From: the human T2T-CHM13v2.0 reference genome, Homo sapiens
DNA: 64,000 nt
Assembly (NCBI RefSeq): GCF_009914755.1
Contig: NC_060925.1
Direction: 5' to 3' (one strand)
Numbering within the stretch: position 1 is the first letter of the stretch; every line of letters begins with the position of its first letter. The notes below the pieces were generated by a model. The model was given only the letters and a program-made list of their open reading frames with translations. It ran no database searches and was not told where the DNA came from. Position numbers and translations under genes: made by a program. This document shows positions 1-14,808 of this stretch, in pieces.

Positions 1-988
1 CAGACCAGGTAAAGTTCTTTGCTGCAGTCCTGCTCTGGCAAGTTCTGGCATCTCTCTCCCTGCTCTGGCAGAAGATTACTTGCTGAAGTGCTGCCTGTCC
101 CAGGATGCTCACCCTGTTGGCTGTTCCTTTCTCTTTTTAAATGACCTGTCATTTTTCCCAACAGTAGGTGTCCCCACTGGCAGCAAGGTGATCAAGCACA
201 GAACAGACCCTATTAAACTTCACTCTTGCATCTTCAGCAGATTTCCTGTTGATACCTGCAATATTTTAAAAGTCAGCTCCTCCTGGGGGAAAAAGGTAGG
301 AGCATGAGGTGAGGGAGGGGATGAATGGTTTGTGCACCCCTTGAACTATTTCATCTTTTTAATTATTTTATTCTATTTCCATACAGATGCCTCTTTTGAT
401 GCTGTTTTAATTGTGATGGCTCTTACAGAAACTCTCTCTCCTGTTCAGAAAAAGGCAATAAAGTTTTCAGGGTTTTGTTTGAAAGCTTCTGGTTCACATG
501 TGCAAATAATTTTAAAAAAGAGACCCTTTGTAAGGCAAGAGCTCAGAAACCTGCCTCCTATCTACCATGGATGTACCACAAGATTTACCTTAAAAGAGCA
601 GATGGAAAACCTAGCATTGGCAGCTATGAAACATTCTCTAGGTCTGTTACCTGTTTCAAACCTCCACCACTGCCCGCTGTCAGCTCCCATTGACTCATGC
701 ATCTCTGAGCTTCTTAATACATATTTCCAAGTACTGGAATCTGTAGGGCTGGATGCAACTCACTCAGACTGGTTAATGGGCTTTGGGTAAGTTGGAGAGG
801 CTATAAGGTGTGTTCAGCTCAATCTTCCTTTCCTAGTAAGAACTTCTAAAGCCACTTACCTTGGGCATACTGACCTTCAGCTGCACTTTGACATTGGAAG
901 TATGATCTTCACAGCTTAATCTGATAACATGCCAATACTTAGCAAACTGCATCTGGATTGCTCTCATCTTTCCTGATAGGTAATATGA

Positions 989-1062
989 ATACACACACAC
1001 ATACAGACACAGACAAAGGAACACACACACATACACGCATGCACGCACATACAAATACACAC
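989..1062. repeat. Degenerate (CA)n microsatellite
   Basis: Interrupted ACACAC/ATACAC runs. Confidence 0.85.
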
Positions 1063-2129
1063 TCATAGCCTTCTTCACATGGTTGTCAGTTTTCCAGAAC
1101 ATCTTGGCACTGGCAGGACTGTCTATGCACTTCATGGAGGGGGCTGGGCTTAGTCCAGGTTTTGTGACAATGGAGTCTACAGAAGGGATGAAATCCAACA
1201 TTTAGGCAAAGACAGGTGCCACCAATGCACCTGCATCCAGCCCAGTGCTCCACGCATTAAGCCTGTAGTGCTTTTAAATCGTTCTTGGAGCTTTGCAAAA
1301 TGTTTCTCCTGCCTAAGCTGTCTCTGGCCTCATACACCTAAGATGTAAATCTTTGCATGTAAGGCAGAGCAAGCGAGCATAAGTCAATGATTCCTGCCCC
1401 ACTGGCAAACTAAAGCAGTGTGGGACCTTTCATTCCTTGTGCATCCCAGGTGGATGAGGACCTGGGAGGCAGAAATGGAAGAACAATGGAGGGAGAAACG
1501 AAGACATCCCACTGCCTCATCCTTCACATGCGTGCATGAGCACTGCATATACCACATGCCCTGTGCCCACTTTCTTTCCCTGCCTTTCCTGAGATTTGAT
1601 TCTATTGAGAGTGTTGCACTCTAGAACACAGAGTGGCAGAGATGGAATGGGATTCAGGGGCTCAGTGAACTCAAAGCCAGTTATGTGATCAGGATTGACA
1701 CTTTGTGTTATTTAACTCTTCATGTCTTTGTGTTTTACTTCTGATCTCAGCTTCTTAAAGTGGGCCACCAACTGTGGCTATCTCTGGAATCCCAACTTTG
1801 CCAAAACACAGCACAAAAGCATTTGCTGCTTTTATTTATGTATGAAGATGACCAGGAAAAGGATCTAGGCATAGGTGAAAGAGGGGTTGAGAATTTGCTA
1901 GGGTTGACCCAAAACCTGATCTGTCCCAGGTTATATGGGACACTTTCTCTTTGAGAGTGAATCTCTCTCTCTAAGAAAGTATTTCCTCTCTGAGGCCTAT
2001 GCTGTATGGCCAGGAAACTTAAGCTGCTTTCCTGTAATCATAGAGAGTTGAGAGGGATCTCAACACTCATTTCATCTAATTCCCTTATTTAACAGATGAG
2101 GAAATTGATATGTTTCCTCATCTGCATTT

Positions 2130-2310
2130 TTCACTCATTATTTCATTTAGTCCTCACCATGCCCCGCTAAGGTGGGTGTTATTACTCCATCCTATGAGGG
2201 AGGAAACTAAGCATCACAGAGATGATGCGACTTGCCCAAGGCCACACAGATGGTTAGCAGTGGGGTCTGAGATTGACCCCAGGTAGCCTGACTCTCAGTC
2301 TAAGACCTTT
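2130..2310 (-). mobile_element. MIR SINE
   Basis: Reverse MIR core: gaggaaactaagcatcacagagatgatgcgacttgcccaaggccacacag...cctgactc. Confidence 0.85.
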
Positions 2311-4169
2311 CCATCTTAATCAAGGATCCCTTAATGTTAGTCTAAAGACTTACACAGGTTATTGATGATATTTTCATACAACTATGACAAATATGAAATA
2401 TGTGCATATCAACATAACCTTGCAAACTTTCTTTCTCGAGAAAGCCTGTCTTTAATGAGACAATGCCCTTCCTACACTTTTGGTATTTAAAGATCTCTTC
2501 TTTATGAACTTATAATGATAATAAATAGTGGAGGTTTATATATTTGCTTGGCAAAACGGAACATTGTGAACTACATGACAGTCCTTAATGCTTTTAAAAA
2601 TTAGGAATCCTGAAGTCTGGGAACACAGTACTCTGTGGCCATCTAGGTTGTTGCCTGCAGCATCCACCAATGTGAGCTGGAGATTACTACAAGCATTTGA
2701 CTCGTCATCGTGTCAAGAAGTCATCACCAACGGCTCAGCAACATGGGGCCAAGACTCTGCCCTCATAGGGCTCAAAGCTCCTACCTGGTCAATCAGGAAC
2801 CTGCACAGTCCCAAGAGTACTATAGGATGTATGGGAGGAAAGGGAGCCTTTCAACTGTCATGGGAGCCTGGGGGCTTGGGAATTGATGAGATTCCATATT
2901 TGACCATTCCTTCCCATCTCTGTCTGGGGTATCAGACAGGAGGGATAATGCAAAGAACTGAGAACTTAACCTGGTGTGCCCAACACTGCTCTCCTGGCCC
3001 CAGGTAAATAAGCTTAATAGGAAGAAGAGATGCTGTGGAGTGTACCAGCCATGATTCCAGGGCCATTACTTAGTAAGCATATGATCTTGAGCAGCTTCTT
3101 TTATGAGCTTTGCTGTGTTGCTCCAACAATAAAATATGTTGTATACAAAGCACCTATACAGGGCTGATACTTACTAAATGCTCAGTAAACATTCATTTTT
3201 GCCTCCTTTTAGCATATATTCTTTTCCTACTTTACCTCAAGAGTCAGTGCTAGGGAAAATTGTGAGTTATCTTGTCTTTGGTAACTTCATGTCACACTCT
3301 TACACCTCTGGGTTCTTCCAGCCAGGGAAATGTTGTTTAATATCCAAATTCACACCGAATGGCTCAGAGTTTATGAGGAGAGGACAATGCTGGAGCAAAA
3401 GAAAAATTCTGGCAGTTCTGGCAGTGGTATTCCAGACCCCATGGCACCCAGCTGAAGGGGCTTTGCAGTCCCAGCCTCCCTGACACACAGCTGTGGGCCC
3501 GCTCTTTCCTCCCAGGCAGGAGGCCAGTCCTGGTGCCAGGCTTGGGCTGGGCACTGGAGCCTCTGCTGTCATTGCCCATCTTTCTCTTGTTCTGTGCACT
3601 TGGTACTACAGCTGACACCTGGGATGTCACATTCTGACATATGAGGCTATGGGGGTCAAGTGGGCAAGGGTGGGGGCGAGAACATGGCTTTCACAGCCAG
3701 GTATGTGTCAAACCAAATTCCACTCATGATTGGGTGTCTAGCTTGGAACTGATCTGGATCAGAGTGATGTGCTGAAGTCAAATGACAACGTCTGTCTGGC
3801 TGGGGCTTATCTGACAGGACGTGCTCCCTGGTGGGTCCCAGGGTCCAGGACAGAGGCTGCAGGGACAAGGGAGGGTGTGAGGCAAGTGGTGGTCCTTCCT
3901 CCTCTTTGCCTTGTCTTCACATTTGTTGCCAGCTCGTGCCTGCTGACATTTGAGCAGATTCTATTTATGCAAATAGGCTATTTTGCTTTATTTTGAGTCT
4001 CCTACATGCATGTAGACCATTAACTGTCACAAAGGTTTCTTTCCACGGTGGTGACTAACAGCACGGTCAGTCACCCAGCAACAAGGAAGAGGCCTGACTG
4101 GGGAGGAAGAGTGTTTAATATTGATGTAAGTCCTGAATAAATGAGGATTTGTGAGGCAGCGTTAGAAGG

Positions 4170-4365
4170 CATTCAACAGCACAGGCTTTGAATTCAGACA
4201 GCCCTGAGTCTGAGTCTCTGCATTGACACTTATTAGCTTGATGGGCCTGGGCAACTTTATTTAATATCACTGATCCTCGGTTTCTACATCTGTAAAATGG
4301 TGACGTAATAATATACATTATATGGGAGTATTTTGAAGGATTAAGTGAAAATGCATGCAAAGCAG
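4170..4365 (+). mobile_element. MIR SINE
   Basis: cctgggcaacttta...cctcggtttctacatctgtaaaatgg...aggattaagtga. Confidence 0.85.
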
Positions 4366-4633
4366 CTCTCTTTAGAAAGCTTGGACAATTTCTCAATATT
4401 ATTATAGGAGGATTCTGATCTTCTGCCACTTGAGTTTTACCACTTTATGAACATTCTTTGTTTTGCTCTCTGTAATTAGGATAACAAGAGGGTACCAAAA
4501 AGAAGAAAGGAAAAGGAGACCCCGTGGTTGGTAGGCTGGAAGAAATACTAAGGAGAAGCAATTTGTTCTCTTGGGGACATTTCCACTGGAATGTTGTATC
4601 CTAGAAACTTCTTTAGAAAATTATACAAGGCTT

Positions 4634-4939
4634 GGCTGGGCGCAGTGGCTCACGCCTGTAATCCCAGCACTTTGGGAGGCCGAGGCAGGCGGATCACGAG
4701 GTCAGGAGATCGAGACCATCCTGGTTAACACGGTGAAACGCTGTCTCTACTAAAAATACAAAAAATTAGCCAGGCGTGGTGGCGGGTGCCTGTAGTGTCA
4801 GCTACTAGGGAGGCTGAGGCAGGAGAATGTCGTGGACCTGGAGGCGGAGCTTGCAGTGAGGCAAGATTGCGTCACTGCCCTCCAGCCTGGGCGACAGAGC
4901 GAGACTCCATCTCAAAAAAAAAAAAAAAAGAAAAAAAAA
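4634..4939 (+). mobile_element. Full-length Alu, AluY-like
   Basis: ggatcacgaggtcaggagatcgagaccatcctgg diagnostic, many CpGs, long A tail, TSD agaaaattatacaaggctt (4615-4633 / 4940-4958). Confidence 0.95.
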
Positions 4940-5059
4940 AGAAAATTATACAAGGCTTGTAGAGGTATAATTTTGTTTTTTAGAAACTTGAAAGACAGGG
5001 CAGGAGGATAACTACATATATTAATACTAGGGTATATAATTATTATTAATAGAAAATCA

Positions 5060-5501
<442 letters not shown>

Positions 5502-5744
5502 TTATTGGGGTAGCCGCTGACCTCATGCAAGCTGCTCCAAGTCAATGAAAGGGGGCAGCACTAGCAGTGTGCCAAGAGGCAAAAGACAGAAAAATAAAAC
5601 TAGAGGATCCTTGGATACCAAAGCTGGGAAAAAGCACAAATTCAGATGAGAGGTTATAATGTAGACTGAGATAAGACAACAGAATTCCAAGTGTTAGAGA
5701 GCAGTGAATCCAAGATGTTTGCAATGTGATGTCAACTTAAGCCT

Positions 5745-5990
5745 TTTTTGAAGTTTTCATTATGAACATTCCCAAACATGCTCACGAGTACAGAGTACAA
5801 CATTACCCATCATCAAGCTTCAGCAACTATCAACTTTTCTCCATACTTGCTTCTTTTTTTACCCTCTTTTAATTTTGCTAAAATACATTGCAGATACTCC
5901 TAAACACTTCAGTATGCACTTTATTTTTTAACATAATCACAATGCCAATTTCAACATCTACTAAATTTAACAATTATTTATTAACAATAC
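5745..5990 (-). mobile_element. Ancient L1M 3' fragment
   Basis: Resembles L1MC/L1ME 3' ends (cagcaactatcaac...cacttcagtatgca...cataatcacaatgcc). Confidence 0.5.
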
Positions 5991-6179
5991 CATCTTGCAA
6001 GGTTGCCGTCTCTTACCACTGCTATTCAACATAGTATTGGAAGTTCTGGCCAGGGAAATCAGCAAGAAAAAGAAATAAAGGGCATCCAAATAGGAAGAGA
6101 GGAAGTCAGATTATTCCTGTTTGCAGATGACGTAGTTCTAGATCTAGAAAACCTCATAGTCTTTTCTAAATCTAGAAAG

Positions 6180-6264
6180 CCCCAAAAGCTCCTTCATCTA
6201 ATCAAAAACCCCAAAAGCTCCTTCAGCTAATCAAAAACCCCAAAAGCTCCTTCAGCTAATCAAC
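6180..6264 (+). repeat. 29-bp unit x3 inside L1
   Basis: ccccaaaagctccttcagctaatcaaaaa starting at 6180, 6209, 6238. Confidence 0.95.
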
Positions 6265-7368
6265 AACTTCAGCAAAGTTTCAGGATACAAAATCAATGTA
6301 CAAAAATCACTAGCATTCTCATACACCAATAACAATCAAGCCAAGAGCTGAATAAGAAATACAATCCCACTTAAATACCTAGGCATACAGCTAACCAGGG
6401 AGGTGAAAGATTTCTGCAATGAGAATTACAAGACACTGCTCAAAGAAATCAGAGATCACACGAACAAATGGAAAACATCCCATGCTCATGGATAGGAAGA
6501 ATCAATATCATTAAAATGGCCATACTACCAAAAGCAATTTATAGATTCAATGCTATTCCTATCAAACTACCAATGACATTCTTTGCAGAATTAGAACAAA
6601 CTATTTTAAAACGTATATGGAAACAAAAAAGAGCCTGAATACCCAAGGCAATCCTAAGCAAAAAGAACAAACAAAGCTGAAGGCATCACGTTACCCAACT
6701 TAAAACTATACTACAAAGCTACAGTAACCAAAACAGCATGATACTGGTACAAAAACCAACACATAGACAAATGGAACAGAATAGAGAGCCCAGAAATAAG
6801 GCCACACAACTACAACCATCTGTTCTTTGACAAAGCTAACAAAAACAAGCAATGGAGAAAGGACTCCCTATTCAATAAATGGTGCTGAGAGAACTGCCTA
6901 GCCATATGCAGAAAAGTGAAACTGGGCATCTTTCTTACACTGTATACAAAAATAAACTAAAGATGAATTAAGGACTTAACTGTAAAAGTCAAAACTATAA
7001 AAAGTCTGGAAGACAATGTAGACAAATACCATTGTGGACATAGGAACAGGCAAAGATTTCATGACAAAGACTCCAAGAGCAATTGCAACAAAAGCAAAAG
7101 TTGACAAATGAGATCTAATTAAACTTTAAAAGCTTCTACACAGCAAAAGAAACTATCAACAGAGTAAACAGACAGCCTACAGAAAGGGAGAAAATATTTG
7201 CAAACTATGCATCTGACAAAGGTCTAATATCCAGCATCTATAAGGAACTTAAACAAATTTACAAGAAAAAAACAAACAACCACATTAAAAAGTGGGCAAA
7301 GGACATGAATAGACACTTTTCTAAACAAGACATATGTGCAGCCAATAAGTATATATAAAAAAGCTCAA

Positions 7369-7656
<288 letters not shown>

Positions 7657-10065
7657 GCTTAACATCACTGATCATTAGAGAAATGCAAACCAAAGCCACA
7701 ATTAGTACCATCTCACACCAGTGAGAATGGCTCTTTTTAAAAAGTCAAAAAGTAACAGATACTACTGAGGTTTCAGAGAAAAGGGAGCACTTTTACACTG
7801 TGCTAGTGGGAGTGATGGGAGTGTAAATTAGTTCAACCATTGTGGAAAGAAGTATGGTGATTCCTCAAAGAGTTAAAAACAGAACTACCATTTGATCCAG
7901 CAATCCCATTACTGGGTATATACCCAGAGGAATATAAATCATTCTATTATAAAGACATATGCATGCATATGTTCATTGCAGCACTATTCACAATAGTGAA
8001 GACATGGAATAAATCTAAATGCTCATCAATGATAGATTGAAGAAAGAAAGCATGGTAGATATACACCGTGGAATACTATGCAGTCATAAAAGAATAAGAT
8101 GAGATCATGTCTTTTGCAAGAACATGAATGGAGCTGGAGGTCATTATCCTTAGCAAACTAACACAGAAACTGAAAACCAAATACTGCGTGTTCTCATTTA
8201 CAAGTGTGAGCTAAATGATGAGAACACATGAACACAAAGAAGGGAACAACAGGCACTGGGACCTCCTTGAGGGTGGGAGAAGGGAGAGGAGCAGAAAAAA
8301 ATAATTATTGGGTACTATGTTTAGTACCTGAATGACAGAATAATTTGTAAAACTAACCCTCATGCCATGAGTTTACCCACATAACAAACTTGTGCATGTA
8401 TCCCCAAACCCAAAATAAAAGTTAAAAAAAAATCTTGCAACATCACTTAAAAAAGTTAAAAAAAGTTAAAAACAGGACTCTAGTGTATATATAAGAAGTT
8501 AATATGTGACAAAGATGACAGCAGAAAGTCTGGTTTATTCAATGCTGGGTTAATTAATTTGTTGGAAAAGGTAAATTTCAAGATCAATTTCAGATGAACT
8601 AACATTTTGGTAAAATATCAGGATAAATACTCTCTAATTCATCTTTTGGCAAAATTGCAACTGTGTCTTACTTTAATAGGAGTAAATGTAGATATTCTCA
8701 TGATTATATTGAGCCAGTATCACTTTTTAAATATATCGGGAAACACTGTTTTTAATACAGTCTAATTAAGTTTAAAAAGGCTGTAAAGCATTTTATAGCA
8801 TTTTTTCTAATCACAGCACCAAAGATAGGAAAATAATATATTTGGCTACCTAAAAAGCACCCTACCCCCAAACAAAACAAAAGCAATATCAAAACAAAAT
8901 AAGTTATATGCAAAATTTTAATTAAGATATAAAATTCAGAAGAAAATATTCAACCTGTGTGAAAGACAAAGGGTTAAGATCTTTTGCATAGCAATGTTTA
9001 TAAATCCATAAAAAACTTGGCCATCTAAAAGCAAATGAGAGATAATTCTCTGCTTTAATTCACAGACATTCCATGTTGCAATCTGTCCATTTTCTGCCTT
9101 CTTTCTGCCTTCGGCTTTCCTGTGGCCTATCATCTTAGCCCAAACTTAACGTTATTAAGTGGCTGTTTTATAGGTTGTAGGATGGGTTTGTGAAGTTTTC
9201 TTTTTTCTTCAGAGAGGGATTTCTCTTCATGTTATTCTTTCACTTCCTAAAAATTAATTCCAATGGTTTAGTGAATTTCGAGGGTGGGGAGTGAAATGAA
9301 AATACCGTTACTCAACCAGCTTTACATCTACATCTTCAGGTGATGTTTTACTGCATTTTTTAACTTAATAGGACTATATTAAAAACAATGTTTCCCCGTA
9401 TATTTAAAAAGCAATACTGGCTCAATATAAGAATGAGATATATCTACATTTACTCCTATTAAAATAAGACATGGTTGCAACTTTGCCATATGAGTAAAGA
9501 TATGCCGGGAAGGAAGAAAAGGCTGTGCAGTTTGAGTTTCGCTGACTTCTGAAGCAAGAAACATGTTGGCCCGAGCAGGAATTGGCATAACCTCCACAAA
9601 CTGTGCTTTTACATGAAATCACTTCATTCTTCACGTCTCTTCTTCAGTGAAGTTTAGTAACTGGCCTAGTCAAAAGATATCCTTTCTTTGAAAAAAGTTT
9701 GGATGGGAAAAGGAAAAAGCAGTAACAGTTGTCACAGAGGGTGAATAGCATCTTTGACTTCCCAGATTTAGCTGAATGTCATTAGGTTGGATTTGGATAG
9801 TTGAATACTGCTGATATTTGTGCCCTTCAGCAAATTCTATATTTGATTCCTCATTCCCAATGGCTTTTGCAAAACGAGGAGTATTGTATCAGGAACAGAG
9901 CTGTGGTTAGCCTCCTAGTCATTACGGTGGAATAAATGGTAAGACAGGCAACACAAGCAATGAAGAGGCCAGTGGGAGGAGAGGAAGGATGGGGCACCAT
10001 TACTTTTTTCACAATTTATCCATTGCTTCCCAGTGTTTGCATTTGCTGAACGTTTATTTACCTAT

Positions 10066-10355
10066 TTTTTAAAAAATCTCTGTCTCGCTCTGTCACCCAG
10101 GCTGAAGTGCAGTAGCACAGTCACGGCTCACTGCAACCTCAACCTCCAGGGCTCAATTGATTCTTCCACCTCAGCCGCCCAAGTAGCTGAGACAACAGGC
10201 ACACACCACCACTCCTGGCTAATTTTTGTATTTTTTGTTGAGACGGCATCTTGCCACGTTGCCCAGGCTGGTCTTGAACTCCTGGACTCAAGCTATCCGC
10301 CTGCCTCGGCCTCCTAAAGTGCTGGGATTACAGGCATGAGCCATCACACCTGGCC
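10066..10355 (-). mobile_element. AluJ-like
   Basis: Reverse Alu dimer, diverged. Confidence 0.92.
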
Positions 10356-10445
10356 TTAAAATTTCATAAGGCAAGCTTGTTTTCAGACATTAGATATAAT
10401 AATGGGAGTGAACCTTTGGAGTTTTGTAACTCTTGTTTTTCTAAG

Positions 10446-10447
<2 letters not shown>

Positions 10448-10508
<61 letters not shown>

Positions 10509-10634
10509 GCCTTTGAGCTCCTAGAAAAACAAGAATTATATATATATTTTTATATAATTGTATATACACATAATATACAGTTATATATATAATTATATGT
10601 GGAGAGAGAGAGAGTGAAAGAGAGAGAGAGAGAA
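10448..10634. repeat. Compound (CT)n(TA)n...(TA)n(GA)n microsatellite
   Basis: Direct reading. Confidence 0.95.
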
Positions 10635-10874
10635 ACATGATAAAATCTGGCTCAGTCTGCCAGTAGAATATTTATTTGCAACTTAGTACATTCACAAAAT
10701 AATGTTCATTGCTATTTATAATTATGGAGGAGAGACTAAGACCATCCCTGAGAAGGTTAAAGGGTTGTAGTCATTTTCAGATCAATACAAGAAGACTCAC
10801 TTTACACCTGGAGTTTGCCAGTGATGGCATAGAACTTGCTCTGCTTCCCCCCGCATAATTTTTCAGGTACCAAA

Positions 10875-11530
10875 GTACCCAAGCTAGAAACCTGGGCATC
10901 ACCCTCTACTTCTCCCACTCTCTATCCATACCACACCCACATTCTCATAAAATCTTTAACTTTTACTGCTGTCTCTCCTTCTTCCTTGATCCCTCTTTGT
11001 CAGGCCTTGCACTAGCTTCCTCGGGGTCTCCCAGATTCCATTCTTATTCCAGTTCATTTTAAATGCAGATTTGATCCTGTCAATCCCTTAAAACCCTTAA
11101 ATGACTCCCTTTCAACTTCAGGATAAAATCCAAACTCCTCAGCATGGGGTAGTTTCCAGTTTGGGCTGTGCTTTATCTGTCAATATCCCTGCATCCATGG
11201 CCCATGCTCCAGCTACACTGAGACACCTGTCACATGATTCACATAACTGCTAAATATTTGATATTTTTGCCCACTTCTGAATGATCCCCACTCACTCCCT
11301 CACTATTCCCCTTATCTGCCAAACTCCCTTCTTCCTTTCAAGAGCCAGCACAATGTCATTTTCCCTTGGAAGCCTTATTTCATTCCGTAGACTTCCAGGC
11401 CAGGCCACTCCTCATGACCACTCCCATAGTTGCCACTCCACAGTTCTCTTATAGCATTAATCACATTTTATTAAAATGGCCTATTTATGTGTCTGGTTCC
11501 TCCCCTCTGTCATGTTGAATTAAGCTCTCC
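10875..11530 (+). mobile_element. L2 LINE 3' fragment
   Basis: aaaacccttaaatgactccc...ggataaaatccaaactcct; ctccagctacactg; atagcattaatcac. Confidence 0.75.
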
Positions 11531-11763
11531 ATTGTTAGTGGGTTCCAAACAGATGATCAATGACACATTTCAAGGAGATGAAATAGGAGAATTAAGAGTC
11601 AGACAAAAAGGTAGAAAGGATCTCTTAAGTCTCTTCGACTTTTTGGTGTCTGAATTTCTCTGACTCCAAGATCCTCAAAGATGCTGCCATTCCTTGAAAA
11701 TAATCAGACAAATAATGTCATCACAGTTTTATCGTAGAAAATACTTTTTTTTTTATTGCCTTT

Positions 11764-12129
11764 TGGTATGGTTTGGCTATGTCCCCACCCAAATCTCATC
11801 TTGAATTGTAGCTCCCATAATCCCCACATGTTGTGGGAGGGACTCAGTGGGAGGTAATTGCATCATGGGGGACAGGTTTTTCCCATGCTGTTCTTGGGAT
11901 AGTGAATCAGTTTCATGAGAGCTGATGGTTTTATAAATGGGAGTTCCCCTGCACAAGCTCTCTTACCTACCACCACATAAGATGTGCCTTTGCTACTCCT
12001 TCACTTTCTACTATGATTGTGAGGTCTCCTCAGCCATGTGGAACTGTAAGTCCATTAAACTTCTGTTTCTTTATAAATTACTCAGTCTCGGGGATGTCTT
12101 TATTAGCGGTGTGAGAAAGGACTAATACA
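11764..12129 (+). mobile_element. THE1B/THE1C solo LTR (ERVL-MaLR)
   Basis: tggtatggtttggctatgtccccacccaaatctcatcttg...actaataca; perfect 5-bp TSD ccttt (11759-11763 / 12130-12134). Confidence 0.95.
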
Positions 12130-12162
12130 CCTTTGAAACTGATTATCCAGCAATAGAATTGC

Positions 12163-12289
12163 TATTTTTAGTAGAGATGGGGTCTTACCATGTTGGCCAG
12201 ACTGGTCTGGAACTCCTGGCCTCAAGTGATCTGCCCACCTAGGCCTTCCAAAGTTCTAGGATTACAGGCATAAGCCACTGCACCGGGCC
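12163..12289 (-). mobile_element. Alu left arm only
   Basis: Left monomer and linker; no right arm. Confidence 0.85.
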
Positions 12290-13118
12290 TAGGACAATGC
12301 TCTTTGATGATCCTTTGAACTCAACACCTCAACTTCCATGGCTAAGGCCACACTCTGCTCAGAGTCAGATACAGATAGAGCTGTTTTTGTTTTTATTTTT
12401 CCATTGATTCCGGTGGTATTGATGTCATCAGTACTGGAATCAAGGTCTCTAAATGGTTTTCCTAAGGCAGGTAATTCTGAGATTCACAAGCAACACCTTC
12501 CTTAAAGACAATGACGATGGTGGATAGATATGAGAAAGAAAGGAGAGAGAGAGAAAAACAGAAGCTGCCCAGGCTTCCAACCCCTGAGAGATAAAGATGT
12601 TGGGATCTCAGCCAACACCTTTAAGTAATAAGGAGTGATGGGAGAGAAAGGCTGACAGTTTGTGACATGTGACATGTGACTTTCTAATGATCCAGAGACA
12701 GGATTTGTTCTAAACAGAAACAGCTTGTAAGGTGACATCAGGAACAGTTTCCAATCCAACAAGTAGCTCATATGCCTCTCATGAAGGTTAAAACCCAGAG
12801 GGAAGTAATTAATTAGAGGAACAGAGCCCTATCTTGGAATCTAAATTGACAATACTTTGTTAAACTCCCCTTGAGTCATTGACTACACCCATTCTGACAT
12901 GGAAAGTTGCCTCAGTGGAAGAAAAAGAAGTCTTCAGAGTAATGTGTAAAACATGCTTGTAGGAGCAAAAAGAATAGTATGAAAGAGTGTCCCCCTACCA
13001 AAACTGTTAATATTTTAGGAGGTTAGAGTCAGAGAAGGTGAGAAAATTAAACATTTTATTATACTTCCTGACTTTGTAACAAGTATAGATTATGTTTATA
13101 ATTATTAAAAACCAGTTA

Positions 13119-13414
<296 letters not shown>

Positions 13415-13554
13415 ACACCAAGTTAAGTAAAATAGGTATAATAAACTATACACACACACATACACACACAAACACATATATATATAATGATAATAAATAA
13501 AGATTAGGCAAATTTGTGTCTAGGACCAAATAGCAAAGGGAGGAAGACAGGAAG

Positions 13555-13780
13555 CTTAAATTTATTGACTGTACTTTGAGTCAATCTGTGACATATGTGA
13601 TTTCATTTAATCCTCACAGACTCACAATTTGTTGAAATAAATACTAATAGTTCCATTTTACAGATGAGGAAACTGAAGTTCAGGGAGACTAAGTGATTTG
13701 CCTGAGGTCACAGAGATAGATAATAAGCAGAAGAGCCAGGAATTTAACCCAAGTCTATCTTCAAAAGCCACAGCTTTCCA
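13555..13780 (-). mobile_element. MIR SINE
   Basis: ccattttacagatgaggaaactgaagttcagggagactaagtgatttgcctgaggtcacag. Confidence 0.9.
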
Positions 13781-14490
13781 CAAACCCAATTTTATGAAAT
13801 AATTTCTCTGAAAAGTATAGCTTTTTTTTTACACATCTTACACAAATATAAATAAGTAAAGAATATTCATTTTTTGTTCAGTAAATTCCTTGTATATCTG
13901 AAGAAGGAATTCACTGAAAGTAACAATTCTATGGTTAAAATAACATTACTTTTTTAAGGACAGATTTTTCTTACTACTTTGTCATAAACCTTCCTCTATA
14001 TATCTATTAAAGAAAGGACATTTACTGATTTTTATTGTTGCTATGGAGTTAGTATTTTAGAATAATATTATGGTTGTGAAAATGAAGAAGACCATAGAAA
14101 AGAAAACACATGCACAAAAAAATGTGTTAGGAAAGAAAAATAATCTCGCGCTATTAGGATATGTGATAGGCAAAGCAGATATTTGGTTAAAAGATCATAG
14201 TTCATGCCCCCGTTTTTTTCAGCTATAAAATCACATGGAAAAAAACCCAACTATTTTAAACACATAATGAATTCTAGACATGTTGAAGTTATTTTCATGT
14301 CGACGTGGGTGGAGTCTGCCACTTAGGAAACTTGCCCAGCTATATTCCGTTTTCCCATATCTTCATGGACTCTCAGGCAGTTCCTCAAGTGTTTGTTCAC
14401 TTGTGGTCATAAATACGGTCATGTATTTAATTGTTACACCATTTCAGGTATTAAAAGGTCAAATCTAGTCTAACGTGACTTTGATCTCAA

Positions 14491-14808
14491 GGCTGGGAGA
14501 GGCGACACACGCCTGTAATCTCAGCACTTTGGGAGACCGAGACCAGGTTGCTTGAGGCCAGGAGTTTGAGACCAGCCTGGGCAACAAAGCGAGACCTTGT
14601 CTCTACAAAAAAGAAAAAAAAGAATTAGCTAGATGTGGTGGTCCATTCCTGTAGTTCCAGCCACTTGGGTGGCTGAGGCAAGAGGATCACTTGAGCCCAG
14701 GACTTCAAGGTTGCAGCGACCTATGATCGAGCCTCTGCACTCCAGCCTGGGTAACAGAGCAAAAGCCTGTCTCCAAGAACAACCACCACCACCACCACGG
14801 CAACAAAA
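14491..14808 (+). mobile_element. AluJ-like with (ACC)n-converted tail
   Basis: Dimer; approximate TSD actttgatctca / acttagatctca. Confidence 0.9.

Noticed and set aside
332-790. 152-aa ORF
   Set aside because: Non-ATG start and no recognisable homology.
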